Source of the DNA: an uncultured Pelagibacteraceae bacterium
Lineage (GTDB): Bacteria > Pseudomonadota > Alphaproteobacteria > Pelagibacterales > AG-422-B15
Length of the DNA: 64,000 bases
Direction of reading: 5' to 3'
Assembly: GCA_902578305.1 (NCBI GenBank)
Contig: CACHCK010000001.1
Span: 73,862 to 137,861 of the forward strand
Within the stretch, counting starts at the first letter, position 1. Each line of letters starts with the position of its first letter. A model generated the notes under the pieces. The model was not told the DNA's origin. It saw only the letters and a program-made list of their open reading frames with translations, and did no database searches. The position numbers and the translations under genes were made by a program. Of this stretch, positions 62,105-64,000 are shown in pieces.

Positions 62105-63021
62105 CAAATAAAGAACTTGGCCACAGGCCAGTTCTTATTGAAGAGGTTATTGAACAATTAGGGCCAAAAGACAATGAAACATACATCGATGCAACATTTG
62201 GATATGGAGGATATACAGAGAGAATCCTTCAAAGCTGTGAATGTAAAGTCATTGCAATCGACAGAGATCCAACAGTCAAAAAACAAGCTGAAAGATTTAA
62301 AAAAAAATTCGGCAGTCGGTTTTCTTTTGTACATTCTAAATTTAGTCAGATTGATAAAATTTTCAAAGAAACAAAAGAAAAAGAAATTAACGGTTTCGTA
62401 TTTGATATAGGAGTTTCATCAATGCAACTAGATGATGCAAATAGAGGGTTTTCATTCATGCAAGATGGCCCCCTAGATATGAGAATGAGTCAGGATGGCC
62501 AAACAGCTTCAGACTTAATAAATAAAAAGGATAAAGATGAGCTTGCTGATATCATCTATCATTACGGAGATGAGAGAAATTCAAGAAAAATTGCAAGAAA
62601 CATAGATAAGCATAGAACTCAAAAAAAAATTGAGAGTACGATCGAGCTTGCAGAAATAATTAAAAAATCGTTTCCTTCAAAATATTACAAAAAACATCCT
62701 GCAACGAAAACATTTCAGGCAATTAGAATTTTTATTAATAATGAAATACAAGAGCTCCATGCTGGTCTCAACCAAGCTTTTAATTTGCTAAGAGCGAATG
62801 GAAAAATATGCGTGGTCACATTTCATTCAATTGAGGACAGATTGGTAAAGAATTTTACAAATAAAGTTTGTTTAAGAAATAAAAAGACCAAATTAATAAA
62901 ACCATCTTCCAAGGAAATATTAAGTAACCCAAGATCTCGTTCGGCAAAGCTTAGAGTCATTAAGCGTGAGCGATTAAACTTTAATTATATTCCGATATCT
63001 GAGTTAGGATTTGAATTATGA
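62101..63021 (+). CDS. rsmH: 16S rRNA m4C1402 methyltransferase
   Basis: [47 protein letters not shown]. Confidence 0.97.
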   Translation: MTNKELGHRPVLIEEVIEQLGPKDNETYIDATFGYGGYTERILQSCECKVIAIDRDPTVKKQAERFKKKFGSRFSFVHSKFSQIDKIFKETKEKEINGFVFDIGVSSMQLDDANRGFSFMQDGPLDMRMSQDGQTASDLINKKDKDELADIIYHYGDERNSRKIARNIDKHRTQKKIESTIELAEIIKKSFPSKYYKKHPATKTFQAIRIFINNEIQELHAGLNQAFNLLRANGKICVVTFHSIEDRLVKNFTNKVCLRNKKTKLIKPSSKEILSNPRSRSAKLRVIKRERLNFNYIPISELGFEL

Positions 63022-63362
63022 TAAGTGCTTTCTTTAAAATATTGTCCGTTGCTATTTTATTAACCGGATTACTTGCAATTATGGTTATAAAAAACATTTC
63101 AGCCGAAAAGCAAAAGTATATTAATGAACTTGAATTAACACTTCGAGAAGAACAAAAGATAAATGAGCTTTATAAAATTGAGTGGGACCATTTAGTCTCG
63201 CCAATGAATATTAAAAAAATTTCAGAAATGATTATTACTAATGATTACGAAAAGTATTTTGTTGTATTAGATAATGAAGATATTGAAGAAAATAATGAAT
63301 TATTTAATAATGTTATTGAAGTTTATGAAACATCAACAATTAATCAAAATTTGGCAAGGTAA
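63018..63362 (+). CDS. ftsL: Cell division protein FtsL
   Basis: Single TM plus coiled coil ending EWDHLVSP; lies between rsmH and ftsI. Confidence 0.8.
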   Translation: MISAFFKILSVAILLTGLLAIMVIKNISAEKQKYINELELTLREEQKINELYKIEWDHLVSPMNIKKISEMIITNDYEKYFVVLDNEDIEENNELFNNVIEVYETSTINQNLAR

Positions 63363-63367
63363 ATTCC

Positions 63368-64000
63368 GTGAAAAAAAAGCGGAATACTGGCCGAAAGAAA
63401 ATTGATATATATCAAAAGAGTTTTTCATTTACACACAGATACAATAAAGAAAAGTTTGCTTTTGAAAGATTAAAGTCTTTAAAGAGTAATTTTGCTCTTA
63501 AAATAAATAATCGTTTAATATTGTCAGCGATTGTTTTTAGTAGTTTGTTTTTGGCAGTAACAATCAAGATGATAGAAATTAATTTACTTTACACCGAAAA
63601 GGGAAATTATTTTGTTGAGAATGTTGAGACAAAAAGGGGAAATATTCTAGATAGGAATAATACCTCTCTTACAGCAAATTTATTAACATCCCATATATCT
63701 GTAAATCCAAAAGCTGTGTACGATAAGAAAAAATTTATTAGTAAAGTCTCAGCAATAAATAATAGGTTTTCCGCAACTGATCTTGATAAATTGGTATCTG
63801 AAAAAAAATTCTTCTGGCTTGATCGAAATGTTGAACCCTTAGAATTACAAAAGTATATAGATTTAGGTGAAACTGGAATTGAATTCAGAGATGCTTATAA
63901 AAGAAAATATCTTCACAGTGAACTTTTTAGTCATTTAGTTGGAAAAGTTGACATTGATAATACAGGCGTATCTGGACTAGAAAAATCTTTTAATAAGTTT
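63368..64000 (+). CDS. ftsI: Penicillin-binding protein FtsI/PBP3, 5' part (partial, runs off window end)
   Basis: Manual translation from GTG 63368: TM anchor, KRGNILDRNNTSLTAN, RKYLHSELFSHLVG...GVSGLEKSF (PBP dimerisation domain). Confidence 0.9.
   Translation, partial: MKKKRNTGRKKIDIYQKSFSFTHRYNKEKFAFERLKSLKSNFALKINNRLILSAIVFSSLFLAVTIKMIEINLLYTEKGNYFVENVETKRGNILDRNNTSLTANLLTSHISVNPKAVYDKKKFISKVSAINNRFSATDLDKLVSEKKFFWLDRNVEPLELQKYIDLGETGIEFRDAYKRKYLHSELFSHLVGKVDIDNTGVSGLEKSFNKF

Overview
Gene-dense, AT-rich (roughly 30% GC by eye) chromosomal segment of a streamlined alphaproteobacterium. The petABC, ftsZ and rnpB sequences and the gene order look SAR11/HIMB59-like; this is inference, not a database result. 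Most of the window is housekeeping: the ETF-QO 3' end, ispE, cca, greA, hemF, trmL, petABC, purine salvage, ychF-pth-rplY-prs-pgeF-lgt, proC, MarR/OmpR/EnvZ-ilvE, pgsA-uvrC-folB-uvrB, aspC, trxB, carAB, dnaG-rpoD, mlaAC, an amidase, rnpB and the start of the dcw cluster. It also holds tRNA-Gln(TTG) and tRNA(CAT, probably Ile2), each followed by accessory genes. There is no integrase, transposase, prophage or CRISPR array. The most notable observations are: (1) a rearranged dcw cluster with ftsZ between mraZ and rsmH, behind a sigma70 promoter overlapped by five 10-bp-phased CCCA (TGGG) MraZ-type boxes, and a perfect 54-bp duplication in the FtsZ linker; (2) a 12-kb co-oriented accessory block after tRNA(CAT) containing a translationally coupled folate/biopterin transporter - unannotated 55-aa membrane protein - GDAP1/TCHQD-like GST - orphan beta-propeller operon; (3) a phosphoethanolamine-methyltransferase-like enzyme that appears to have lost its phosphate-binding residues; (4) repeated leaderless-type promoters; (5) a truncated UbiK-like ORF.
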